A stretch of 64,000 nt of DNA, from contig CAZAKE010000004.1 in NCBI GenBank assembly GCA_964485495.1, positions 4,190 to 68,189 on the forward strand, written 5' to 3'. Of the stretch, positions 41,772 through 51,052 are shown in pieces. Origin of the DNA: an uncultured Spirochaetales bacterium (GTDB taxonomy: Bacteria; Spirochaetota; Spirochaetia; CAZAKE01). A model generated the notes under the pieces. It was not told the origin of the DNA. It ran no database searches and saw nothing but the letters and a program-made list of their open reading frames with translations. Position numbers and translations under genes: made by a program. Numbering within the stretch: position 1 is the stretch's first letter; each line of letters starts with the position of its first letter.

Positions 41772-42380
41772 GTGAGAAAGGATTTCCTACCATACGATGC
41801 AGTTCGCAACAACGCGTTACTCTTAGCCGACAAGATACACCGTGATGGGTTCATTCCGGATGTGATCTATGTTTCTCTCCGGGGGGGGGCGTATATCGGT
41901 AACGTCATCAGCGAATATTTCAAGATTGTGCGCAGGCCGAACCGTCCTGTTTTCTATGCAGCAGTAGTAGCCCGTTCATACACCGACATCCGACAGCAAG
42001 ACAGGGTCATGGTGGATGGGTGGACGTATGATCCGGAATTCCTGAGACAGGGTGACAAAATACTTCTTTTAGATGACATCTTCGATTCCGGAAAGACAAT
42101 CAACCATCTCGCAGAGGTTATCATCGATAAGGGTATTCCCAGGAAGGACCTGAAGATTGCGGTGCATGATTATAAGGAATTCACCTATTTGGAGGAGAAG
42201 CTTCCCATAACACCGGACTATTACTGTCGAAAACACGTGATCGATACGCCGGATGCCGATGTCTGGATTCATTATATGAGCCATGAACTGGTAGGGCTTT
42301 CTCGGGAAGAGATGGAACAGTTTTACTTCAAGAATTATCCGGAATTGCATCAGGTTTTCGATAACGGGTTGATTCGGTAA
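41772..42380 (+). CDS. Type I phosphoribosyltransferase, xanthine-guanine PRTase-like
   Basis: The PRPP-binding motif ILLLDDIFDSGKTINHL and the N-terminal region VSLRGGAYIG resemble Gpt. GTG start with a GGGAGG RBS. A G9 homopolymer lies inside the gene at 41881-41889. Confidence 0.6.
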   Translation: MRKDFLPYDAVRNNALLLADKIHRDGFIPDVIYVSLRGGAYIGNVISEYFKIVRRPNRPVFYAAVVARSYTDIRQQDRVMVDGWTYDPEFLRQGDKILLLDDIFDSGKTINHLAEVIIDKGIPRKDLKIAVHDYKEFTYLEEKLPITPDYYCRKHVIDTPDADVWIHYMSHELVGLSREEMEQFYFKNYPELHQVFDNGLIR

Positions 42381-42467
42381 CTCCTCTACGCGCAGTTTCC
42401 GGAAGAGCGAGATCGTTCTTGGTTGGACCGGTGAACGCGCATCGATCTTATTGACGGTGGGTGTTAG

Positions 42468-45400
42468 ATGATTTGGCAGCAAAAAAGTGGATCACTCGGG
42501 AGGATCGATCCCTCTACCGTTACCCTTATTCTTTTGTTTCTATGTCTCCTGAATTGCATGCGTCTATTCTCACAGGAAATTGTAAAAACAACCGTCGACT
42601 CGGGTACATATAGCCACAATCTGCAGATACTGTTCGAGATCCCTGTTTCCGATTCGGCCGAACGTGGGAAGACATCGGTGTTTTATACCGTAAACGATGC
42701 AATCGATGCACCTGTCTTGTATGAGGCCCCCCTGTACTTGAGTGCGCTTACGGGGGAGAGACGCGTATACGACTTGAAGTACTTCAGCGTTTGTGATGGG
42801 GTGAAATCGTCGATCGTTTCGAAACGGTATATCATCGATAAGGATCTTCCTGCTGTTCCTGAAGTATCGGTGACTGCGGACAGATCCGGAGCGGTGGTTC
42901 AATTCGCGGAACATGAGGATTCGATCGTATACTTCATCGAAAGAACCGAGACGAGGTGGGATGGGGTTCCGTTCTCGATCCGTAACTCAGAACTCCCGGT
43001 AACTTTGCGGTATTTCGCTGAGGATGCCGCAGGTAATAGGACACGCGTGTATACGAGAGTTCTAGAATCTTTGGTCGAGACGAAGAAGGATACCCATCTC
43101 GAGATTCTCAGTCCGGTAACGGGAACATTCGGAAATACGCAAGTATTGTATATACGACATCGAGGGCTCTCCTCGATTCGATATACCCTTGACGGCACCG
43201 ATCCTGAGTCCGCAGGCAATGAATATGACGGTCCGTTTTTGATCGACCGTACCGGGACCGTTACTGTTCGGATCTCTGCCGAGAGTGGTGTCGCGACGAA
43301 CACGACGGATACTGTAAAGAAGGAAGTTCGGTATACAGTCATCGACGGGCAAGATGAGTTTGAACGCATCTCAAACGGGATCGTGACGGGTGATGTCGAG
43401 TTACGGTTTCCTCGACCTGGAGGGGTATATACTCTCGAAGACAGAGCCCCGAAGAGTTGGGACTCGGTCTATACCGATCCGATTCGAGTTCCTGCGATAC
43501 CTGGAACCGTGAAATCCACCGTCGTACGATACCGACCACTCACCGGTGAAGGTGTCTCTCAGATAGAGTACAGATACATTCTTATAATGGACAACCGGCG
43601 CCCGCCGGACCCGGTTATCAGCTTGAGTAGGAAAATACCGGTATCTGCCCCTCTGACAGCAGAGATCGCCTGTGCGCCGTATGCCGTGATTCGCTATACG
43701 TTGGATGGATCGACTCCCGACGCTCGCTCCACCAAATATGACCATCCCATTCGGATCGAGCTGCCGGACACAGTTTCGACCGGATCGTTGATACTCAAGG
43801 CGAAGGCGTTTGCAGACAGTGGGTTGAGCAGCGAGGAATCATCCCGGCTCATCACATTTGATCGTGAGGCACCCTCCGCGCCACGGCTCGATACAATAAC
43901 CGTTGCGAATGGGGAGTGTTCGGTCGCGTTTCATACCGATGAAGATAGCGACCTGCTGTATGAATTATCACTAGACGGTACCGAACCGGTGGAACCGTCT
44001 CTCGGCTCACCGGAGTTTTCGAATCCTTTGACGGTCACGTTGCCGTACGGTATGCAGGCAGACCTGCGACTCAAGGTTGCGGCAATTGATGATGCAGGCA
44101 ACATAGCTATCTTAGACGAGGAGGTTTTCGCGACTATCGATCGAATACCGCCTTCGGCGCCGGTGATTCGGTTTGATCAAAATATGATCACCATGACCTC
44201 TGATGAAGGAACGATTCATTATACGTCGTCAGACGATCTCGCCGAACTCGGAACTCCGTCGGTCGATTCAACGCGTTATCAGGATCCGGTTCCCGTCGAT
44301 GTAGCGCCGGGAGGTAAGAGAACAGTTTACGTCAGTGCGATCTGTGTGGACCGCTCCGGCAACAGCAGTCGGATTGAAGGGCCACTGACCTTCACCAACG
44401 ATCAGACGATCCCGGAGATGCCTACATATACCGGCGTCCGAGATGGAGCATCGATCAACGCCGAGACGACACACCTCATATTGGGTACTCATCCTGACTC
44501 CGTACGGGTCGCGTTTAGCACCTCTATGGATGGAAGTGAACCGCCGGATCCCGATACGACCGGCCCGTTTATTGACGAACCCCTCACTTTTCGAGGAGAG
44601 CCCGACAGTCGCGTGGAATACATCCTCAAGGTAATACCGGTGAATGTGGTCTCGGGAGTCAGCGGACCAATGAAACGGATCTCCTTCGTGCTCGATCTCG
44701 AGCTTCCTGAGTTACCGGTTCTTTCCGATTTTACCGACGGGGCGTTATACAACGGTCAAGTTGATATCACCGTGACCCCTTCGGATGTAGATGATACCGT
44801 ATATATCGTACGACTTCCGGATTTGGATGTTTCCCTCGAACACAGCGATGTTTCGGCCCAGGAACAAACGAAGCAAACCGTACCGGATCCATTTACCGGT
44901 GTTCCTGTGCGCGGTGTGTATTCACTGGATGTACCAACCGGAGTCGAAAAGGTCGTCAGTTTTTCAATCGGTGTCAGGGATACGGCGGGAAACACCAGTG
45001 TAGATCCGAAAATCTATACATGTACGATCGATCGCAGACCCCCGGATCCACCGGTAGCGGAACTATCTACGGATGCGCGCGTGTCGACGGAAAAGGTCCT
45101 GGTATCGTTCGTCGATGGCGAAGGCTCGATACAGTATGAGATAGGTGTCGGCGGTGCGCCCCCGGCTCATCCGAATTTCCGCTCTGAACGCTTCTCCGAT
45201 GAATTGGTATTCACGGGAGAAGCAGGTGAATTGACCGTGTATATTCTCACTGCGGTGCGGATAGATACCGCCGGTAATGTGAGCTCTCCATGGACGCACA
45301 AGTTCGCAGTAGACAGAGTAGCAGAAACCGACAACCATCCGAGTTCTCCCAAGATCATCAGTAACGGGAAGGAAATCCGCATCGAGGGAGGTGGCGAAAT

Positions 45401-48400
45401 CCGGTATGAGACGACATCGGACGGCACGGAACCGGCTATCCCAAACCTCGCTTCTCCGGTTTACTCTGCACCGATACCCCTTCCGGAAACCGGTGTCATG
45501 AAGATACGGGCGATACGCGTCGGTGAATCCGGCCAACTCTCTGCCGCTACCGATACGGCCGTCATCTATTCCGATCCTCCTCAACCAATTCTCCCATACT
45601 TCGAGGGTATAGTAGACGGAGGTGTATATGGCGAAGACGGGGCACTGCTGCGACTGTATCCGGTCGATGATTCTGTTGTCGTCTCATATTCTCTCGTAGA
45701 GATCGAAGAAAACGGAGATACGGGAGATACGGGAGATACGGGAGATTCCATGCCCGGTAGACTACCCGTCGTAGAAGACAGGATACGAGTGCCGGGTGTC
45801 GCTGATGCCGAGATCGAATATTTTCTTCGTATCGCTGCGATTCATGAAAACTCCGGTTCGGTGGGAGAGGAGAAGACATTCCGTTTTACGGTGGATCGAA
45901 GACGGCCGGATATTCCGAAATTTTCCGCGCTGCCGACTCGAATGAGAACTGGTATGCCTGTGATGCTGTCTGCCGACATGGTCGATTCCGAGGGCCGTGT
46001 GTTTGTGTCCATGACTGATGACGGATCCTTCCCTGAGACGCCCTTCTCCGGCATGGTTCTTTCCTCCTCACTCAACCTTCGGGGGACAGAGGGGCGGACC
46101 GTGATATATCGTATCCGACTCGGAGTTGAAGACACGGCGGGGAACCGAACCGGAAACCCTGATCCATATACGGTGATCGTCGACAGAGAGAAGCCGGCCG
46201 TTCCCAGCATACTGGGAATCCATGGTGATTCGATATTTGATGCTCCCGTAGAGCTCCGCATTCTTCCGGGGGAATCGGGCGAAGTCACGGGACCAGTGGC
46301 TGACCCCGAATCAGTATCAATCTATTTCGAACTCTCAGAAGGCGAAACTGTGCCCAAGTGTCCCTCGCGAGACTCCATTCCATATACCGGCCTGGTACGT
46401 TTGTCAGGAACCGACGGCGAGAGAACCGTATATTTCATCCGGGCCGTTGCCGTTGACGAATCCGGAAACGTCGGAGAACCGACCAAAGCATACCGTATAG
46501 TAGTCGATCGACGAAGAGTCTCATCGCCGGAAACACCGAATATCGCGTTCGAGAGTGATCGCATCTCCATCTCATGGCGCACCTTACCGGATAGACAAAT
46601 TTTCTTTCGAATGGAGGGGAAGGGTGCCGGCAAATACGAGGAATACGGTAAGCCATTGGTGATACCGTCGTCCGCAGCAGAGGGAATCAAGCTGTACTAC
46701 TATGCTCGATTCGATGGTGGCGCACGGAGTCCGGTTCAGGAGATCCATTTGCCGTCACCGTCACCTGAGATTGAATTTGTGAAGGGGCCGATGGACTTCC
46801 TCGTAGTCAACGAGGCAATTTCGATTGCAAAGACACTACCGACGGCGATCGTTCGGTTCGAGGTAAGTACTGGTACTCTTCCTCCCGACTCAGTCGATCG
46901 GTTTTCTCCGCTTCTGCCGGATACCAAGAAATTCGATGTCGCCCCCGGCGAGACCACGTCGTTTTCGGTGCGATGCGCCATCTTTTCTCAATCCCAGAAG
47001 GTGGCGGAACGGCTGTTTCAATTCGAGATCGATAAGACTCCGCCGCCTCTCCCGGTTGTCGCGGGTGTCGAAGACGGATCCTACTATAGAAACGACCGTG
47101 AAATCCAACTCACGACCGGAGAGGGAGATATCTACTATTCGCTGCAGCGATACGAGGACGGCGTGTATTCGGATGGAGATGTGTTCAGGAGGTACGAAGA
47201 ACCACTTCTTCTTCGTGCCGATCAAAAGGGGATAGACGGGTATCGGTTGAGTGCCTACTCCGTTGATGAAGTCGGCAACAGGTCGAAAGACGTAGCGGAA
47301 TGGAGTTTCTTTTTCGACAAGGAGATCGTATATGCCTCTCCGTACGGAAACGATTATTTCGAGGGAACGCGAACTCGTCCTGTACGAACCCTCGGCGCCG
47401 CTATAAAGATAGCCGGGAATACCGAGAGAAATACCATATTTCTCGGAACCGGCGATTACGATATCGAAAGGCCGATCCAACCGGATGCGGCGATATCAAT
47501 AGTCGGAGGTCTCGACTCGGATGACTGGTTGAATTCGGGAGAAGGGTATAGCAGAATTCGACCCGGAAAATATTTTCCTACGGGCAAGAGCATGTTTCAG
47601 GTGCAGGACACGCGTCTTGGACTGAATGGAATCATCATAGATGATACGACGAACCGTTCTCCGATCGTGATCGATGGGGTAAACGCAGATATCTTACTTA
47701 CCCGATCTACGATTTCGAAGGGATACCTCTGGCAGGGGATGATGATCGCGCCGGCGGAAGGCAGACTGACTCTTATCGATTGTGAATTCGACGGTGGAGT
47801 ATCTAAGTCCGGGTCTATATTGAATTGTAGCGGCGGAGTGGTAGAGATAGAGTCATGCGGTTTTACCGGAAATACGGCCGAAACCGAGTTTATTCCCCTC
47901 GTATTCTCCAGTATGCGATCGGTCTCCATCAGTAATTCGACGGTGGATCCTGGTTCCGGATCAAGTACTACCGGCGTCCGTTTCTCCGGTGGAAATTTCG
48001 AAGCCGTCAACAGTACCTTCAACGCCGGAGTCGGAAAACTGCATGCGACGGCGGTAATCATAGAATCCGGCACGTTCACGGCGGAGGAGAGTACGTTCCT
48101 CACCAATTCTCGTTCCCGTTTATCTTCCTGCCTGAACGTTTCAAACAGTAATACAACGCTGACCGACTGTAAATTCGTTACCGGTGCGGAGCGAGGAGCG
48201 ATCGCGCTTCAGAGCAGATCCGGAGAACTCAACATATCGTCCTGTAGGTTTGAAGGGACCTCGGCCGAGGAGTTCCTCTACTTGATAAAGATCGACGGGT
48301 CAAAGATGCTGATAGAAAACAGCGTCTTGATCGGCGGCCGGACACCTGGTGATTTTATCGGCATCGATTGCAGTGGTGGAGCGGTCAAGATTTTTGGAAA

Positions 48401-48869
48401 TACGATGTTCCTGGGATTCGGCGATCATCTCGCATATGGAATAACCGGTTCCGGATTCGAGTGGCTGGATATCATAAATAACATTATTCTCGGACGTACA
48501 TCCGGAAGCGATTTCGGCGTCGCCGTGCGTGCAAAGGATGCTAGAATCGTGTCCAATGACTTCTTCGGCTGGGAGGCGGTGTTGGATTCCGACGGTGAAC
48601 GGTTGGAAACCGTCGATGATTTGAATCTGTCGGACGGCAATCCCTTCGGTGGCATTCACCACGATAACATCACCGAGCAGTTTCGAATGACCTTTTCGGG
48701 TGAAGCGCCGGCGGATATCCACCTATCACCGAACTCACGATGTATCAATGGGGGATTCGATGTGTCCGCGATCGGAGGAAGTTCCGTTGATATGGAGGGC
48801 CAGCGCAGGCCGAATCCCGATATCGGTATCCGACCGAACTATGATATCGGGGCCGATGAGTATTACTGA
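42468..48869 (+). CDS. Giant (2133 aa) surface protein with many chitobiase/beta-hexosaminidase C-terminal-like (CHB_HEX_C / Fn3-like) modules and a C-terminal right-handed beta-helix domain
   Basis: It has an N-terminal signal anchor. The motif [IV]xYT(L)DG(S/T)xP...Y..P recurs at least ten times (IRYTLDGTDPESAGNEYDGPF, IRYTLDGSTPDARSTKYDHPI, LYELSLDGTEP, IRYETTSDGTEP...). The C-terminal ~600 residues have beta-helix-like periodic G/N/T/S-rich repeats (NSTVD.., NSTFNAGVG.., IINNIILG..). Confidence 0.75.
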   Translation: MIWQQKSGSLGRIDPSTVTLILLFLCLLNCMRLFSQEIVKTTVDSGTYSHNLQILFEIPVSDSAERGKTSVFYTVNDAIDAPVLYEAPLYLSALTGERRVYDLKYFSVCDGVKSSIVSKRYIIDKDLPAVPEVSVTADRSGAVVQFAEHEDSIVYFIERTETRWDGVPFSIRNSELPVTLRYFAEDAAGNRTRVYTRVLESLVETKKDTHLEILSPVTGTFGNTQVLYIRHRGLSSIRYTLDGTDPESAGNEYDGPFLIDRTGTVTVRISAESGVATNTTDTVKKEVRYTVIDGQDEFERISNGIVTGDVELRFPRPGGVYTLEDRAPKSWDSVYTDPIRVPAIPGTVKSTVVRYRPLTGEGVSQIEYRYILIMDNRRPPDPVISLSRKIPVSAPLTAEIACAPYAVIRYTLDGSTPDARSTKYDHPIRIELPDTVSTGSLILKAKAFADSGLSSEESSRLITFDREAPSAPRLDTITVANGECSVAFHTDEDSDLLYELSLDGTEPVEPSLGSPEFSNPLTVTLPYGMQADLRLKVAAIDDAGNIAILDEEVFATIDRIPPSAPVIRFDQNMITMTSDEGTIHYTSSDDLAELGTPSVDSTRYQDPVPVDVAPGGKRTVYVSAICVDRSGNSSRIEGPLTFTNDQTIPEMPTYTGVRDGASINAETTHLILGTHPDSVRVAFSTSMDGSEPPDPDTTGPFIDEPLTFRGEPDSRVEYILKVIPVNVVSGVSGPMKRISFVLDLELPELPVLSDFTDGALYNGQVDITVTPSDVDDTVYIVRLPDLDVSLEHSDVSAQEQTKQTVPDPFTGVPVRGVYSLDVPTGVEKVVSFSIGVRDTAGNTSVDPKIYTCTIDRRPPDPPVAELSTDARVSTEKVLVSFVDGEGSIQYEIGVGGAPPAHPNFRSERFSDELVFTGEAGELTVYILTAVRIDTAGNVSSPWTHKFAVDRVAETDNHPSSPKIISNGKEIRIEGGGEIRYETTSDGTEPAIPNLASPVYSAPIPLPETGVMKIRAIRVGESGQLSAATDTAVIYSDPPQPILPYFEGIVDGGVYGEDGALLRLYPVDDSVVVSYSLVEIEENGDTGDTGDTGDSMPGRLPVVEDRIRVPGVADAEIEYFLRIAAIHENSGSVGEEKTFRFTVDRRRPDIPKFSALPTRMRTGMPVMLSADMVDSEGRVFVSMTDDGSFPETPFSGMVLSSSLNLRGTEGRTVIYRIRLGVEDTAGNRTGNPDPYTVIVDREKPAVPSILGIHGDSIFDAPVELRILPGESGEVTGPVADPESVSIYFELSEGETVPKCPSRDSIPYTGLVRLSGTDGERTVYFIRAVAVDESGNVGEPTKAYRIVVDRRRVSSPETPNIAFESDRISISWRTLPDRQIFFRMEGKGAGKYEEYGKPLVIPSSAAEGIKLYYYARFDGGARSPVQEIHLPSPSPEIEFVKGPMDFLVVNEAISIAKTLPTAIVRFEVSTGTLPPDSVDRFSPLLPDTKKFDVAPGETTSFSVRCAIFSQSQKVAERLFQFEIDKTPPPLPVVAGVEDGSYYRNDREIQLTTGEGDIYYSLQRYEDGVYSDGDVFRRYEEPLLLRADQKGIDGYRLSAYSVDEVGNRSKDVAEWSFFFDKEIVYASPYGNDYFEGTRTRPVRTLGAAIKIAGNTERNTIFLGTGDYDIERPIQPDAAISIVGGLDSDDWLNSGEGYSRIRPGKYFPTGKSMFQVQDTRLGLNGIIIDDTTNRSPIVIDGVNADILLTRSTISKGYLWQGMMIAPAEGRLTLIDCEFDGGVSKSGSILNCSGGVVEIESCGFTGNTAETEFIPLVFSSMRSVSISNSTVDPGSGSSTTGVRFSGGNFEAVNSTFNAGVGKLHATAVIIESGTFTAEESTFLTNSRSRLSSCLNVSNSNTTLTDCKFVTGAERGAIALQSRSGELNISSCRFEGTSAEEFLYLIKIDGSKMLIENSVLIGGRTPGDFIGIDCSGGAVKIFGNTMFLGFGDHLAYGITGSGFEWLDIINNIILGRTSGSDFGVAVRAKDARIVSNDFFGWEAVLDSDGERLETVDDLNLSDGNPFGGIHHDNITEQFRMTFSGEAPADIHLSPNSRCINGGFDVSAIGGSSVDMEGQRRPNPDIGIRPNYDIGADEYY
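45714..45746 (+). repeat. In-frame 9-bp tandem repeat (GGAGATACG, about 3.7 copies) encoding (GDT)n within the giant protein
   Basis: Read directly from the sequence: ggagatacg ggagatacg ggagatacg ggagat. Confidence 0.9.
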
Positions 48870-48938
48870 CCGGATATGGTCCCTTTGGCAGGTAGAGAAC
48901 GCCTGTTTTTATGATGCCATTCTCGTTACGAGAGCTGT

Positions 48939-50114
48939 TTACTCACGATTCCATTCACGTGTATCACTCTCGGTGTCGAGGATATTCGACCAGAGACCGT
49001 ATCCGGCGGTCATCGCAAAGACGACCGAATCGAATTGCAGGCTGCCCGTGTCGGGATACGCATAGAAACCGCGAACCACACAGGTGCTGAGTTCGAGACT
49101 CAAGTAGTTCTCGTTGGTAGAGAGCTCCGGAGCCTGAAAATCCGTCACTGCCGTGACGGTCACCGGGTTCGTGCTGTTGTCCATTGAGAACTCCTTCTCA
49201 TAGTATCCGCCCTTAGATCCGAGGAGAACGACAGCGCGGGTCACATCAACGGAGTAATCGGTGTAGTAATCGGTGAAATCACCGAGGTTCTCCCCGAGAT
49301 TCTGTACCGGCGCACCGTTCCAGGAACCGTCGGGCGATTCGTACACGGTTCCTTCGCGCGTCGACAGGAAGAGGCAGGAAATCGCTTGTGAGTAGTGTAT
49401 ACCGGTGAAGCCGGTAGTGGCAGGATACGATGCCGGCTCGGTAAAATCGGTTCCCGCCGTCAGTTCGGTACCGGTGGCACTCAATAGGGAGCTGCCGGAG
49501 ATCAGCCAATATGTGTCGTTTTCCTCATCGTAGGCCATATCGGCCGGAAAGGGATGGTCATCAAGGACCAAGGAGAAAACGGTGCCGTCGTCGCTGACGT
49601 AGAGATCGTATTTCGGCGATGAGTCGGCGGTATCGTCTACAATGAGAAAGAGGTAGTCGCCTGCCGTCATCAGACCAACTCCGCCATCCTGGGATATGGC
49701 CATCCAGTCGGAGCCGTTCCGCACATACGCAGCGTATCCGGGATTATTACTGCTTCCTGCGACCGGAGCATAACAGGCATAGAGATTTCCGTCGAAGTAG
49801 GCGACATCCAACGCCTGATATACGTCGTCTTCCGTAGAAGCGGCCGGTGCGGTGAGCTCACTCCAGATCGTATTGCCTGGTTCGAATTCCGAGACGGATA
49901 CGGAGAAAATCTTGCCGGCACCGACATAGAATGTATTGTTGCCCTGTGCAAATCCGGAAATGGTCGAATCATCGGGTAAATTATTGTTGACGGTGGGGGT
50001 TTCCTTCTCGATACTGTAGAAAATTCCGACGCCGTCCTTGTTGCACGATGTGTACAGACTAAAAACTGCAACAGCCGTAATAATGCAATAGAATAATTCG
50101 AGGTGTTTCCTCAT
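48939..50114 (-). CDS. Hypothetical lipoprotein
   Basis: The internal Met (MRKHLELFYCIITAVAVFSLYTSCNKDG) gives a signal peptide plus a Cys lipobox. I set the start at 50114 so that the gene does not overlap the downstream OMP gene. Confidence 0.55.
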   Translation of the reverse strand: MRKHLELFYCIITAVAVFSLYTSCNKDGVGIFYSIEKETPTVNNNLPDDSTISGFAQGNNTFYVGAGKIFSVSVSEFEPGNTIWSELTAPAASTEDDVYQALDVAYFDGNLYACYAPVAGSSNNPGYAAYVRNGSDWMAISQDGGVGLMTAGDYLFLIVDDTADSSPKYDLYVSDDGTVFSLVLDDHPFPADMAYDEENDTYWLISGSSLLSATGTELTAGTDFTEPASYPATTGFTGIHYSQAISCLFLSTREGTVYESPDGSWNGAPVQNLGENLGDFTDYYTDYSVDVTRAVVLLGSKGGYYEKEFSMDNSTNPVTVTAVTDFQAPELSTNENYLSLELSTCVVRGFYAYPDTGSLQFDSVVFAMTAGYGLWSNILDTESDTREWNRE

Positions 50115-50160
50115 GGTATATAACCTGCCTAATCTGTGTCTTTCAAATCGTGAGATACGA

Positions 50161-50817
50161 TTAAAAGTAGTAGTGAGCGGACACGGTAATGTCCATGAAA
50201 TTTCCGAACCTGGTCTGTTCCTTCGGAGGTTGCTCTCCGAAATAGATCTCGGGAACCCACCAATATTGAACCTTGCCGCCGATCGCCCATTCGGGAGTGA
50301 TGTGGCCGTAAAACCCAACTCCGGGCTTCAAGATCATACCCACGTAGAGGTATTCATCGATCTTGGTGAAATTTAGGCCGTACCCTACGTGGATCGGAAC
50401 CTCGAAGGGATAAAATCGAAACGTGTAGGCGAAGTTCGCTATCAGCGGTATCATGAATAGGGTCCGGTTCGGTGTGAATGCGAACATTCCTCCAAGCTCT
50501 ATCCCTACGGTAAGGTTCGGGTGGAGAAATGCATACCAACCGAGCGCGGCCGTCCCGCCGACCGTGAGATGATCCTTGGTAGGGGCGTATTCCCAATCGT
50601 TTGACTGGAAAAACAACGGCAGGAAGACCCCGGCGTTCAAGGTGAAAATCTGATCGCCTAAGTCATAGGCGGGGATGAACTTCTCCTCTTTCTCTACCTC
50701 CGGCTTCTCCTCATCGGGTACGGCAGGAGAGTTCGACTCCTGAGCAAAGACGAACTGTATAGAAATCAGCAGAAAGCCAAATAGAAGTGTACGTTTATGT
50801 AAGTATTTCAACATCAT
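50161..50817 (-). CDS. Small outer-membrane beta-barrel protein
   Basis: It has a signal peptide (LLFGFLLISIQFVFAQE), alternating aromatic/hydrophobic beta-strand patterns, and a C-terminal ...HYYF with a terminal Phe. Confidence 0.55.
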   Translation of the reverse strand: MMLKYLHKRTLLFGFLLISIQFVFAQESNSPAVPDEEKPEVEKEEKFIPAYDLGDQIFTLNAGVFLPLFFQSNDWEYAPTKDHLTVGGTAALGWYAFLHPNLTVGIELGGMFAFTPNRTLFMIPLIANFAYTFRFYPFEVPIHVGYGLNFTKIDEYLYVGMILKPGVGFYGHITPEWAIGGKVQYWWVPEIYFGEQPPKEQTRFGNFMDITVSAHYYF

Positions 50818-51052
50818 ACCTCAAGCTTCGAATTGGTCGTATACTATCACCAGAATCTCGGTTTATTCAAGGAGAACAGTCCGGTATCGATTCTCATCCG
50901 ACGACACGAATATATCACATGACGGTAAAAAACACGACCGGAGTGAGGGTGAAACGGATTCGAAACGCACGTTGCAGAGAATGGTTCGGTCGTGATAGGG
51001 TTGATCCCAATATTTGTGCTGTATCTGTGCTACATTGGAGGAGTGACCTCGG

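Noticed and set aside
49838-49856. tRNA T-loop-like string GGTTCGAATTCC
   Set aside because: It lies within the lipoprotein CDS on the other strand, and I could not find a flanking acceptor or anticodon stem, so no cloverleaf can be drawn.
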